Below, one piece after another: positions 9,233 to 18,917 of a DNA stretch of 64,000 nucleotides. Numbering within the stretch: position 1 is the first letter of the stretch; every line of letters begins with the position of its first letter. The notes under the pieces were generated by a model. That model had not been told where the DNA came from. It did no database searches and saw only the letters and a program-made list of their open reading frames with translations. A program made the translations under genes and the position numbers. The stretch covers positions 423,475 through 487,474 of the forward strand of contig JADKBM010000013.1 in the NCBI GenBank assembly GCA_016715115.1. The letters run 5' to 3'. This stretch comes from Acidobacteriota bacterium. GTDB lineage: Bacteria; Acidobacteriota; Blastocatellia; Pyrinomonadales; Pyrinomonadaceae.

Positions 9233-10516
9233 TCATTGCTTCTTGAGCTTCATCAAACTACCCTGGCCGCTGATCTGCGAAGAAGTTGAGCGGGCGACCT
9301 GTTCGGCCTTTTTGAAGGCGCGCAGAAAGTTCTCGCCGAGGACCTTTCGCACTTCCTGTTCGGTATAGCCGCGCCGGAGCATTTCATAGGTGATGAGCAC
9401 GAGGTCTTCCATTCCCTCCATTCCTTTTGGGAGCAGAGGGACGCCGTCAAAGTCGGACCCAAGCCCGACGATGTCGATCCCGCCGACCTTCTTCATATGA
9501 TCGATGTGATCGACGATCCGGGTATAGCTCGGCACAGGGATCGGGTTTTCTGCGAGTAATTTGCGTTCAGCGGCGTTGAAACCGGCGCGATCGTCCTTGA
9601 ATTGCTCGCGGAGCGCGTCGATCTGCGTTTTCAATTTCGCGGTTCGATCGTTTTCGGCCTTGTTGTAGTCGTCATCGAGAAACGCGGGGTAGAAATTGAT
9701 CATCATCACGCCGCCGTTTTTCGCAACGCGCTTCAAGACGTCGTCGGATATGTTGCGCGTGTGATTCGCGACGCCGCGCGCCGACGAATGCGAGGCGATT
9801 ATCGGAGCCGACGTGACGTCGAGAACGTCGTTCATCACTTTTTCGGAAACGTGCGAAATGTCGACCAGCATTCCCAAACGGTTCATTTCATTGACGACTT
9901 CTTTTCCGAACGGCGCGAGCCCGTTGTTCTTGACCTCGCCGCGATGCGCGTCGGCCCAATCGTGCGAGACGTTGTGCGTGAGCGTCATATATCGGATGCC
10001 AAGCCGGTAGAAATTCCGCAGCGCGAAGAGCGAATTCTCGATCGCGTAGCCGCCCTCGATGCCCATCAGCGCGCAGACCCTTTCGAGCTTTTTCGCGCGC
10101 CGGATCTCGTCGGCGGTCGTGCATGGCATCAGAGTTCCCGGGTGTTTCTCGACCTCGCGGTTGGTAGCGTCGATGAGATCCATCGCGCGCCGCATCGCGC
10201 CGCCGGTTTTCAGAGTTTCGCCCGAGACATAGATCGAGAAAAACGAGCCGGTGATTCCGGAAAGCCGGAAACGGTTAAGATCCGTATGGAAGGGGTCGCC
10301 GTCGAGATGAAATTTCCCGATCGAATTCGTCGATAAATCGAAGTCCTCATCGACCATCGGCGACGTGATGTCGTTGTGGCCGTCGACGATGATCGCCTTT
10401 TTGTGGATCTTCAGCGCCTGCGCCCACAGTTTCGCATCGGCGCCGGCCGGCATCGTCTGCGAAAACGCGGAAAGGGAAAAGGAGAGCAAAAGAATCGCGG
10501 CAGTTAGTTTTTTCAT
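9233..10516 (-). CDS. Membrane dipeptidase (peptidase family M19), secreted
   Basis: 427 aa. Signal peptide, then IIVDGHNDI...HVSH...ISHV...ASHSS...GLGSDFDG, characteristic of renal-dipeptidase-type M19 enzymes. Confidence 0.85.
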   Translation of the reverse strand: MKKLTAAILLLSFSLSAFSQTMPAGADAKLWAQALKIHKKAIIVDGHNDITSPMVDEDFDLSTNSIGKFHLDGDPFHTDLNRFRLSGITGSFFSIYVSGETLKTGGAMRRAMDLIDATNREVEKHPGTLMPCTTADEIRRAKKLERVCALMGIEGGYAIENSLFALRNFYRLGIRYMTLTHNVSHDWADAHRGEVKNNGLAPFGKEVVNEMNRLGMLVDISHVSEKVMNDVLDVTSAPIIASHSSARGVANHTRNISDDVLKRVAKNGGVMMINFYPAFLDDDYNKAENDRTAKLKTQIDALREQFKDDRAGFNAAERKLLAENPIPVPSYTRIVDHIDHMKKVGGIDIVGLGSDFDGVPLLPKGMEGMEDLVLITYEMLRRGYTEQEVRKVLGENFLRAFKKAEQVARSTSSQISGQGSLMKLKKQ

Positions 10517-10554
10517 AAATTAGAGCATCGGACAATTTAGATTCAAGAGGAACT

Positions 10555-10692
10555 CGGATTTCGAATCGCAACTGCCGCGGCTGCCCGCCCGCTCACGCAG
10601 GCGGTACCCGACTCGCCGCAGATCACGAATCGCAAGTGCCCAATCACGAATCGCAAATGCCAAATCGCAAATGCCAAATCGCAAATCGCAAA
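10555..10692. repeat. Heptamer array (GCAAATC family, about 10 units at 10621-10692) plus 21-nt GC-rich core
   Basis: The units read gatcacg aatcgca agtgccc aatcacg aatcgca aatgcca aatcgca aatgcca aatcgca aatcgca aatca, and the last unit forms the S9 peptidase stop. The core cccgcccgctcacgcaggcgg (10584-10604) is the exact reverse complement of 37648-37668. Confidence 0.85.
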
Positions 10693-13110
10693 TCAGCGCG
10701 GCTTCGCGTTCTTGACCCACTTGTCGAACCATTCGACCTGCTCGGCGAGAACGGTTTCGATCGATTCACGGGCGCTGTAACCGTGGGACTCGAGCGGCAG
10801 CATCACGAGCCGTGCCGTGCCGCCGTTGCCCTGGATCGCGGCAAAGAGGCGTTCGGACTGGATCGGGAAGGTGCCCTGATTGTTGTCGGCCTCGCCGTGG
10901 ATCATCAACACAGGCTCATTGATCTTGTTGGCGAAAAAGAACGGCGAAACATTCTGGTAGAGTTCCTTCGCTTCCCAGAACGAGCGTCGTTCCGACTGAA
11001 AGCCGAACGGCGTCAAGGTGCGGTTGTAGGCCCCCGAACGAGCGATTCCGGCGCGGAAAATGTCCGAATGCGCGAGCAGGTTCGCGGTCATAAAGGCCCC
11101 GTAGCTGTGGCCGCCGACACCGACGCGGTCACGGTCGGTGACGCCCATCTCGACCGCCTTGTCGACCGCGGCCTGAGCTGCATCGACAACCTGCTTGATG
11201 AAGGTATCATTGACCGTCAAAGGATCGCCGACGATCGGCATCGTCGCGTCGTCGAGCACGGCATAGCCCTGGAGCAGGAAAAAGAGGTGTGAATAACTTC
11301 CGATCTGCGTGAACCGATTCGTCGAACCCGCGACTTGTCCGGCGGTCGAAGCATCGGTGAATTCGAGCGGATACGCCCAGACGACGGTCGGAAGCCGCGT
11401 CCCTTGTTTGTAATTCGGCGGCAAATAGAGCGTGAACGAGAGATCGACGCCGTCGGCGCGCTTGTATTTTACGAGCTGTTTCGTGATCCCGCGCAGTTGC
11501 GGCGCCGGATCCTTGAATTCGGTAAACTGACGATCGTAAACCGCGAGACATTCTGTCTTCGGCGGACAAACCTGGCGGAGACGAAGATTCGGCGGCTCGG
11601 TCGTCGATTCACGACGCGTGATGAACTGCGTCCCGTTGTCGTTCTGGAGAGCAACAAACGTTTCATAAGACGTCGTGTCCGAACGGAAGACCTCTTCGAA
11701 CTTCAGCGTCTGCAGATTCATCCGGCGCAGAAACGGCCGATCGCCTTCGGGCGAAGCGCCGGCGCCGGTCAGGAAGATATCGTCCCCGTCCTGATGCATA
11801 ACCGCGAAACCGTTCGCGAGACGTTTCGTCAGCGGTTGGCCGATGTCGCCGTAGCGATCGTTGACGCTGAGGTCGGAGATGAGCCGCGGCGTGCCCGGAT
11901 TACGGTAATCGACCGCGAAAACGCGTCGGCGCTGGGAGTCTCGATTGTAGTCGTAGAAGAACATCAGCCCGTCGCGCTCGCCGAAAACGCGGCCCATAAG
12001 ACGCTGTTCGATTTTGAACATCTCGGCCGGCGCACCATTGAACGGGGCGTCGATGCGAACCAGACGGTCGCGCTGCGCGACCTTTTTGCGCGGGTCGCCG
12101 TCGTCGAGCGCTTCGGCCCAAACGAGCGACGCGCCCTCGGTCGGAATCCATCCGTAGCTGCGCGGTCCGACGGGAACGCCCTGCGCGGGCAGGTTGTCCT
12201 GGAGCGGGATGCTCGCCACCTTGTAAACCGACTTGCCGTTCAGATCCCAGACTTCGACTTCCTTCGGAAAGCGGTTGAACGGGAAAAGATAAGAGAACGG
12301 TCGCTTGATGCGCGACGTCAGGATGTATTTTCCGTCCGGCGAAACGTCGCCGTTATCGAAGATTCCCGGCGCTCCGATGTTCTTGATCTTGCCGTCGAGG
12401 CTTACGACGGCAATCTGCGACGTCGCGTAATACTCGAACAGTTTTTCATCGTTGGGCGATTTGAGAAGATCCTGAAACGTCTGGACGACGCCTGTCTTTC
12501 CGGCCGTTTCCTGCATATTCGGAGACGTCGGAACGAGGTTCTGATACGCCGGCGCCGGACCCCGGTTCGCCGGAACAAGGCTGACGATCAGATGCTTCTG
12601 GTCGGGCATCCAGTCAAACTCGCCAAAAGCGGTGTTGACCTGCACGCCGTCGATCTTGCGGGCCTTGGCGGTCGCGGTTTCGACGATCCAGAGTTCGATT
12701 CCGGTCGGGGTGATATTGCCGACCGCGATGAATTTGCCGTCGCCGCTCCACGTCGGCGAAATGATCTTCGCTCCGGCGGGCAAGGCGACCGCGGTTTCCT
12801 TGCCGTCGGCGATGCTCTTGAGCGTCAGTTTGACGAAATACGGCTGTCGATGCTGCGAATTGCTGTTCGGATTGATACGCAAACCGGCGATCCGGAGCAT
12901 CGGTTCCGCAAGTTCGGCGATCGGCGGATAGCGCAACGGTTCGAGCAACGCGACGCGGTCCTTTGCGGGGCTGACCGAGGTCGAAGGGATCGCCGGTGCA
13001 TTGAGAACGTCGAGGATCTCCTTCGGCGGTTTCTTGTATTGCGCGTCGGCGGTTACCGCGATCGCGAGAATGGCCAGCACCAAAGCGGCCAGGTAATTCA
13101 TCTTTTTCAT
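10693..13110 (-). CDS. S9 family serine peptidase (prolyl oligopeptidase / dipeptidyl aminopeptidase type), secreted
   Basis: 805 aa. Signal peptide, N-terminal propeller-like region, and a C-terminal alpha/beta hydrolase with nucleophile elbow GGHSYGAFM and HGEADNN...H. Confidence 0.85.
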   Translation of the reverse strand: MKKMNYLAALVLAILAIAVTADAQYKKPPKEILDVLNAPAIPSTSVSPAKDRVALLEPLRYPPIAELAEPMLRIAGLRINPNSNSQHRQPYFVKLTLKSIADGKETAVALPAGAKIISPTWSGDGKFIAVGNITPTGIELWIVETATAKARKIDGVQVNTAFGEFDWMPDQKHLIVSLVPANRGPAPAYQNLVPTSPNMQETAGKTGVVQTFQDLLKSPNDEKLFEYYATSQIAVVSLDGKIKNIGAPGIFDNGDVSPDGKYILTSRIKRPFSYLFPFNRFPKEVEVWDLNGKSVYKVASIPLQDNLPAQGVPVGPRSYGWIPTEGASLVWAEALDDGDPRKKVAQRDRLVRIDAPFNGAPAEMFKIEQRLMGRVFGERDGLMFFYDYNRDSQRRRVFAVDYRNPGTPRLISDLSVNDRYGDIGQPLTKRLANGFAVMHQDGDDIFLTGAGASPEGDRPFLRRMNLQTLKFEEVFRSDTTSYETFVALQNDNGTQFITRRESTTEPPNLRLRQVCPPKTECLAVYDRQFTEFKDPAPQLRGITKQLVKYKRADGVDLSFTLYLPPNYKQGTRLPTVVWAYPLEFTDASTAGQVAGSTNRFTQIGSYSHLFFLLQGYAVLDDATMPIVGDPLTVNDTFIKQVVDAAQAAVDKAVEMGVTDRDRVGVGGHSYGAFMTANLLAHSDIFRAGIARSGAYNRTLTPFGFQSERRSFWEAKELYQNVSPFFFANKINEPVLMIHGEADNNQGTFPIQSERLFAAIQGNGGTARLVMLPLESHGYSARESIETVLAEQVEWFDKWVKNAKPR

Positions 13111-13124
13111 TTCAAACTCCTGGG

Positions 13125-13514
13125 TTAATCGATTCTGAAAGTTATCTTGAAGACTGCGGATTCGCGGCGCCGGGCGTAGGCGCGCGGCATCAGAACCCGG
13201 ACAACATAAGTTCCGCTTCTTTCAAGCGCGGTCGAGAATTCGGTTTCGCCGTTCGTCAGATTCTCGCCGGACGGATTGCGAACGATAAACTCGAGGCCCT
13301 CGTGCGAGGTCGTAAGTTCCACGAACAAAGTCTGGCCGCCCTTCGCCGGGATCAGATAGTCCCTGTATTTATAGCCCTTTACGACTCCGGCGTAGGTTCC
13401 GCCCGAAGTTCCGGGGTTGAACCTGACGCGGACTTTCGTCTGTGCCGCGGCGCTCTGTCCGGCGGCGAGAACGGCGATCGAAGCAACGATGACAACAAAG
13501 GTCTTTTTCAACAT
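13125..13514 (-). CDS. Small secreted protein, function unknown
   Basis: The internal ATG at 13514 gives MLKKTFVVIVASIAVLAAGQSAAAQ (signal peptide) plus a beta-rich domain of about 100 aa. The longer ORF to 13697 would overlap the upstream gene. Confidence 0.55.
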   Translation of the reverse strand: MLKKTFVVIVASIAVLAAGQSAAAQTKVRVRFNPGTSGGTYAGVVKGYKYRDYLIPAKGGQTLFVELTTSHEGLEFIVRNPSGENLTNGETEFSTALERSGTYVVRVLMPRAYARRRESAVFKITFRID

Positions 13515-13525
13515 TGGCTTTTCAG

Positions 13526-14521
13526 TTACTGCGCCGCACCAAGTCCGTCGATGACCCGTTCGGCGACTGCCGGGATGATGTTCCTTTCGCCGGCGAATTT
13601 CTCGGTGAAGACGACGAGGACGAACTTCCGTCCGTCCGGCAATTCGATGTAAGCCGCATCGTGCCGGGTTTGCGATGTCCAGCCCGCCTTCGACCACAAC
13701 TTCGCGCCGGTCAAGTTCTTGTTTATCAACGCGATACCGGTAAATCCGTGCGCCTGGTCGTCATTGTCTTTTGTCGCCGCGAAAGGATCCCGCTTCATCA
13801 GATCGACCATTAAACTGGTCGATTCCGCGCCGCCCATCCTTCCGAGCACGATCTCGGCCAAAAGGCGCGCCGTCGCGTTCGTCGTCAGCTTGTTGCGGTT
13901 CACGCCCTGATCGCCGCGAAACTGCTGTTCGATGCCGTAGGCGTCCTCGCAGAAGGTTTTCTGATTTACGTTTATGTTTTGGTAGCCGAGCGCGCTGAAG
14001 TACCGATTGACGACGTTGCGCTTGTATGACCAGGCGGCGAATTGCTTTTGGGGAAGCTGCGGACCGCTCGAAACGCCGCTCAGGACGTCGAGAATGTACT
14101 GCGTCGCTTCGTTCGACGAATCGACGATCATATCCTTCAATCCGCGGTCGAGTTCGCCCGACGGTTTGACGCGCTTGTCAGCAAGCCACTGTTCGAGCGC
14201 CGCCATATAGAACATTTTCACGACGCTCGCCGGATAGATCTTTTCCTCGCCGCGAAAACTTGCCGTCGGAAAACTCTTGGGATTCCGCATATCGATCAGC
14301 GTCGCGGCGATATGCTCGGCCTTGAAGCCTTTGTCCGCAAACTTCGCGATCGTCTCATTGATGGCCGTGTCGAGCACCTTCTGCAATTCGGGCGAAGCCT
14401 TTGACTCAAGTGCCCGGTACGCCTTGGGTAATGTGAATTCCTTGCTTCCCTGCGCCGGAGCGGGAACCGGAGCGAACAAAAAGCCGGTAACGAAAACAAC
14501 CAGTGCAGCCGCAAACTTCAT
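13526..14521 (-). CDS. Serine hydrolase, class A beta-lactamase-related
   Basis: 331 aa. Signal peptide, an SxxK motif (PASVVK), an SxN-like DSSNEA, and a late KAGWT (KTG-like) motif. Confidence 0.7.
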   Translation of the reverse strand: MKFAAALVVFVTGFLFAPVPAPAQGSKEFTLPKAYRALESKASPELQKVLDTAINETIAKFADKGFKAEHIAATLIDMRNPKSFPTASFRGEEKIYPASVVKMFYMAALEQWLADKRVKPSGELDRGLKDMIVDSSNEATQYILDVLSGVSSGPQLPQKQFAAWSYKRNVVNRYFSALGYQNINVNQKTFCEDAYGIEQQFRGDQGVNRNKLTTNATARLLAEIVLGRMGGAESTSLMVDLMKRDPFAATKDNDDQAHGFTGIALINKNLTGAKLWSKAGWTSQTRHDAAYIELPDGRKFVLVVFTEKFAGERNIIPAVAERVIDGLGAAQ

Positions 14522-14622
14522 AGTGAAATCCTCGAAAGTTCTTTACGAAAGGTGGTTTTCAGAGTATAAACGAAAAGCAGTCCGGGCGGAAAATGGAACT
14601 TTGGAATTTGAACTTTGATCTT

Positions 14623-14753
14623 TGACTGGAGCGCAAGCGTCCCGCTTGCAACGGCGCCACGCGCCGAGAGGCTATGACATTTCGTCGCTTCGATTTCCAA
14701 CGACCCCTTCGCGCTCCGCGCTCATTGCAAGCGGGACGCTTGCGCTCCAGTCA
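14623..14753. repeat. Perfect 29-bp inverted repeat flanking a 73-nt spacer, in a divergent promoter region
   Basis: tgactggagcgcaagcgtcccgcttgcaa (14623-14651) and ttgcaagcgggacgcttgcgctccagtca (14725-14753). Each arm also holds an internal hairpin GCAAGCG-TCC-CGCTTGC. Confidence 0.9.
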
Positions 14754-14769
14754 GAGCCAACCCCTTTTT

Positions 14770-16053
14770 ATGACAGAAGAAAAACTCGTCCGCGGAATCA
14801 GTCGCTGGGATTTGCTGGCCATCGCGATCAACACCATCATCGGCGCCGGGATCTTCGGTTTGCCGTCGAAGGTCGCGGCGCTGATCGGGAATTACGGGCT
14901 GATCGCGCTGATCCTCTGCGCCGCCATCATCGCGCTCATCGTGCTCTGTTTCGCCGAAGTTTCGAGCCGCTTCGAAGCGACCGGCGGGATGTATCTTTAC
15001 GCCCGCGAGGCATTCGGGCCGGTCGTCGGGTTCGAGGTCGGTTGGCTTTACTGGATCGTGCGCCTGACGACGGCCGCCGCGAATTGCAACCTGCTCGTCA
15101 GCTATCTCGGATTTTTCGATCCGCGCCTCAACGACGGGGCGACGCGCGCGGTCGTCATCTCGCTGATCTTCATCGTCATCGCGACCGTCAACTTCCTCGG
15201 CATCAAGCAAACGACGATTCTGACCAACATCTTCACCGCCGGCAAGATCCTTCCGTTGCTTGTCTTCGTCGGTGTCGGAATGTTCTTCATCCAGCCGGCG
15301 AATTTCGCGCTGCCGCAAGCCGTCGAGCCGGGAAATTTCGGCGCCGCGATCCTGATCCTCGTTTATGCGTTTTCAGGCTTTGAGGCGACGACGATCCTCG
15401 CCGGCGAATCGCGCGAGCCGCGCAAGAATCTGCCGTGGGCGTTGCTCGTTTCGCTCGGACTGGTCGCGCTGCTGTATGTGCTCATCCAGATCGTATCGGT
15501 CGGCAACCTGCCCGAACTGGCAAAGTCCGAACGACCGCTGGCCGACGCCGCGGTCAATTTCCTTGGATACTGGGGCGCTTCATTCATCACCGTCGGCGCG
15601 GTGATCTCGATCCTCGGAAATCTCAATATCGGATTCCTTGCCGCGTCGCGCATACCGTTTGCGATCGCCGAACAGGGAGAATTGCCGCCGGTTCTCGCGA
15701 AAACGCACAGCCGTTTCAAGACGCCATCGGTCGCGATCATCCTGACGACAGCGGTGATTCTCGTTCTGACGGTTTGGAGTTCGTTCCTGACGGCACTGAC
15801 GATCGCGACGATCACGCGCCTCATCGTTTACGCCACGACCTGCGCCGCGCTGCCGGTCTTCCGATTCCGAAAGGACGCACCCCCGGCGCAATTTTCGGCG
15901 CCGTTCGGGATCGCAGTTTCGGTTCTCTCGCTCGGGTTGATCGCATGGCTTTTGTCCAATGTTGATTTTGCGAAAGATGGGCTTGCCGCATTGGTTGCGA
16001 TCGCCGTTGGCATCGTGGTCTATTTTGTTCGGCGGTTGTTTGCCCGGACCTAG
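14770..16053 (+). CDS. APC superfamily amino acid/polyamine permease
   Basis: The ATG at 14770 gives MTEEKLVRGISRWDLLAIAINTIIGAGIFGLPS, followed by about 12 TM helices. The ORF-track start at 14674 lies inside an inverted-repeat element. Confidence 0.85.
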   Translation: MTEEKLVRGISRWDLLAIAINTIIGAGIFGLPSKVAALIGNYGLIALILCAAIIALIVLCFAEVSSRFEATGGMYLYAREAFGPVVGFEVGWLYWIVRLTTAAANCNLLVSYLGFFDPRLNDGATRAVVISLIFIVIATVNFLGIKQTTILTNIFTAGKILPLLVFVGVGMFFIQPANFALPQAVEPGNFGAAILILVYAFSGFEATTILAGESREPRKNLPWALLVSLGLVALLYVLIQIVSVGNLPELAKSERPLADAAVNFLGYWGASFITVGAVISILGNLNIGFLAASRIPFAIAEQGELPPVLAKTHSRFKTPSVAIILTTAVILVLTVWSSFLTALTIATITRLIVYATTCAALPVFRFRKDAPPAQFSAPFGIAVSVLSLGLIAWLLSNVDFAKDGLAALVAIAVGIVVYFVRRLFART

Positions 16054-16166
16054 GGTGTCCCTTTCAAAAACAAAAATACTCTTGAAACTTGTGGCGCGAG
16101 AACCTAAAATCGAAGACGGTCGCTCGTGTTTCGCACCTTTGACCGATCTTACCCGAAAATTCTCCG

Positions 16167-17912
16167 ATGCTCCGATTTTTCGAATCCGACAACGAACGAG
16201 GCTGCGCCATTGAACTGGTTTGCGCCGGTATACTGCTGTTTTCGGCATTTATGATCGTCTCGCCGGCGACGTTTCTTGGAATTCCCAACGCATACGATCT
16301 GCATCAGCACCTTCAATTCGCGGCGACCTATTTTGAGTCGATGAAGGCGGGCAATATCTTGCCAGGATGGAGCGCCTTTGAGAACCACGGTTACGGGGGC
16401 ATCGGAATTCGAATCTATCCTCCGTTCGCACACTACACTCTCGCGTTGACTCATTTTGCGACCGGCGACTGGTATACGACCGTTTGGACGAATTTGCTTT
16501 TCTGGACCTTCGTCGGTGGGATCGGCATTTACAGGTTCGCCCGCGAGTGGCTTCTGCCGTTGAGGTCATTGATTGTTGGCCTGATCTACATCGCTGCACC
16601 GTTTCGCCTCGGACAGATCTACCAGTCGTTCTTCTATTCCGAATACATCGCCGGTGCGATTCTCCCGTTTTGCTTCCTTTACCTGACGCGAGTTGTGCGC
16701 GGAAAGCGCCTCGGGGACTCGTTGCTCCTCGGCTTTCTGCTTTCGGTCCTGATCCTGACCCATATTCCGATGTCGCTGATCGGACTCGTCTCGATGGGAA
16801 TCTACGCGGCTATCCTGATCGATTGGCACAACATTTCGAAGGTCTTGCCAAAATTGCTGATTAGTGGAATCTCAGCGCTGGCCGCTACGGCGTTCTACTG
16901 GATACGGCTTGTCACCGAATCCGGACTTGTCAACCATTCGGATCCGAAGTACACGCTTGGAGACTATGATTACAGGCTTTACTTCTTTCCTCAGATCTAC
17001 AACACGATGAATGCGTATTTCATCAAACAGATGTGGATCAAGGATGTGACAACACTGATCACGTTCGTTTTGGTCGTTCCGTTTGCTTTCTACGTTCTTC
17101 GACTTGCTCTTCGCCGCGCGCGCGACGTTGATCTTCGCGGATTTCTGGCCATACTTGCCTCCACGCTTTTCGCGATGTTTATGGCAAGCATAATGTCCGC
17201 CGGAATCTGGGGCCGTATCGCATTGATTCAGAAACTGCAGTTCCCGTTCCGCTGGCTGACAATCGTCGCGATTTTCGGCTCATTGGCTGTTGTCATCGTT
17301 GTTGATCAGCTCGAGTTCCGTTCGAAGATCGCTTCGCGATTTGCAGCTTACGCGCTAATCCTCGTTGCGTTCGGCGTCTTTCTTTTCGAATTGACCCAGA
17401 TCGTTTTGCCGTCCGAAGCGTTGGATCGGCGGGTTTTCGCCGAAAAAACCGTCGATCTGAACGATCGCGAAAGCTATGATTGTTGGTGGCCGATATGGTC
17501 AAGGGCGGATGCGTTCAAGAATCACGAGCGCGTGAACGCCGGAGGTCGCGCGTACGAAGTCAAGACTTGGAGCGCGGAACGTCGCGAATTTGTGATCGAC
17601 GCGGGTCCGGCGACCAAAGTCCGCGTCGCGACGTTTTTTTACCCGTTTTGGAGTGTCAGAGTCAATGGCGATCCGATCGATGCCGAACCGGCCGTAGATG
17701 GCGCTCTGCAGTTCGACGTGCCGGAAACAGCCGTAGCGATTTTGATCGAGTTTCGTGAACCGCGATTGATTGGCGCGGCGCGGATGGTTTCGGCGATGGC
17801 TTGGTTGGGATTCGCCGGCACCCTCGTTTTTTTGACGGCCGGGCGACGTCGCGGAAAGCGCACGCTTAAGTATCAGAAAACGCAAGAACGTCGCGAAAGC
17901 GCAGAGAACTAA
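16167..17912 (+). CDS. Polytopic membrane protein, GT-C-type glycosyltransferase-like (COG5617 / PTPS-related-like pattern)
   Basis: 581 aa with more than 10 TM helices. The first-loop motif YDLHQHLQFAATYFESMKAGNILPGWS...GYGGIGIRIYPPFAHY resembles the D..H...P.W...G.G...YpP pattern of that family. There is a soluble C-terminal domain. Confidence 0.6.
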   Translation: MLRFFESDNERGCAIELVCAGILLFSAFMIVSPATFLGIPNAYDLHQHLQFAATYFESMKAGNILPGWSAFENHGYGGIGIRIYPPFAHYTLALTHFATGDWYTTVWTNLLFWTFVGGIGIYRFAREWLLPLRSLIVGLIYIAAPFRLGQIYQSFFYSEYIAGAILPFCFLYLTRVVRGKRLGDSLLLGFLLSVLILTHIPMSLIGLVSMGIYAAILIDWHNISKVLPKLLISGISALAATAFYWIRLVTESGLVNHSDPKYTLGDYDYRLYFFPQIYNTMNAYFIKQMWIKDVTTLITFVLVVPFAFYVLRLALRRARDVDLRGFLAILASTLFAMFMASIMSAGIWGRIALIQKLQFPFRWLTIVAIFGSLAVVIVVDQLEFRSKIASRFAAYALILVAFGVFLFELTQIVLPSEALDRRVFAEKTVDLNDRESYDCWWPIWSRADAFKNHERVNAGGRAYEVKTWSAERREFVIDAGPATKVRVATFFYPFWSVRVNGDPIDAEPAVDGALQFDVPETAVAILIEFREPRLIGAARMVSAMAWLGFAGTLVFLTAGRRRGKRTLKYQKTQERRESAEN

Positions 17913-17974
17913 CCTCTCGGTTCAGACGGACTTGAGAGAAAAGGCGACGGCGAGTCGCCGCCGCGTTTCAGCCC

Positions 17975-18793
17975 CTACGGCTTCTTGACGGCGGGCGTCG
18001 GCGTCGGTTTCGGGTCCTTTACTTCCTCTTCGGTGTCGTCGAGAATCCTCACCTCGCTGCGGCCGACGCGATAGTTGGCATATTTGACGCGGACGCGCAT
18101 CTTGACGACCTGGCCGTTGTCGAAGACGAGTTCATCGTCGGCCATCGAGAAAGAAGGGAACCAGTACTTTCCGTCGACGCTCTCTCGCCAGGTTTCGATG
18201 ATCGGAAACCGCTGTTTGCCTTCGGGAACGGCCTTGCCCTTTGATTTGACGATCATCAGGTCCCGGTCATCGACCCAAATTCGTCCGGTGAACAGGCGCA
18301 GGTTCGATTTCTTCCAATCGGGAATGACTTTCGGCGTGACGTCGAAGACATACAGATCGAGTTCGTCGATCTTTTCCTTGCCGACGAACCTGAAGTTGTA
18401 TTCCCTGACGTTTTTCGGTTCGATCGCGAAGGGGTTGATGCCGCCGAGATCTTCAATATCTTCGGGGCTGATGCTGATCTCTTTGAGCGTCGAGATCGGC
18501 GCATAGATGATCCGTTCGAAACGCGAACCGTCGGTCGTGAATGTAATGAACGAGTTTCGGATGTAAGTCCCGGTGATCTGCCCGCCGAGTCCGATCGTCT
18601 GGATCTTCGCGTCGCGGTTGAAGGCATAGATGCCGAGCGCCTGGCGAAACTCGAACTCATTGTCGCTGAACTTCTTGACGATCCGGTCGATCTCGCTCTG
18701 GCTCAAAGTGGACGGGACGATGTTCGACGCCTGCGCCAGCGCCGAAATTGCGAAAATGCCCAAAACAAGCACGAATGTCGTAAGTTTTCTCAT
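17975..18793 (-). CDS. Secreted LolA-like / outer-membrane-lipoprotein-sorting-like protein
   Basis: 272 aa. Signal peptide, a beta-rich body and a Pro/Thr/Lys tail. The assignment rests on overall resemblance only. Confidence 0.5.
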   Translation of the reverse strand: MRKLTTFVLVLGIFAISALAQASNIVPSTLSQSEIDRIVKKFSDNEFEFRQALGIYAFNRDAKIQTIGLGGQITGTYIRNSFITFTTDGSRFERIIYAPISTLKEISISPEDIEDLGGINPFAIEPKNVREYNFRFVGKEKIDELDLYVFDVTPKVIPDWKKSNLRLFTGRIWVDDRDLMIVKSKGKAVPEGKQRFPIIETWRESVDGKYWFPSFSMADDELVFDNGQVVKMRVRVKYANYRVGRSEVRILDDTEEEVKDPKPTPTPAVKKP

Positions 18794-18868
18794 AAAAGTC
18801 GGTTCCTGATTTCAATCCATAGATGCGGCTAAAATCGAAAAAGATGTTATCAGTTATCTTTCGGATTG

Positions 18869-18897
18869 CAAAAAAAGAGGGCCCGAAAGCCCTCTTT
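18869..18897 (-). terminator. Rho-independent terminator of the repeat-protein gene
   Basis: The minus strand reads agagggctttcgggccctct followed by ttttttt. Confidence 0.7.
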
Positions 18898-18917
18898 CAC
18901 CAACACAAGGATCAATG

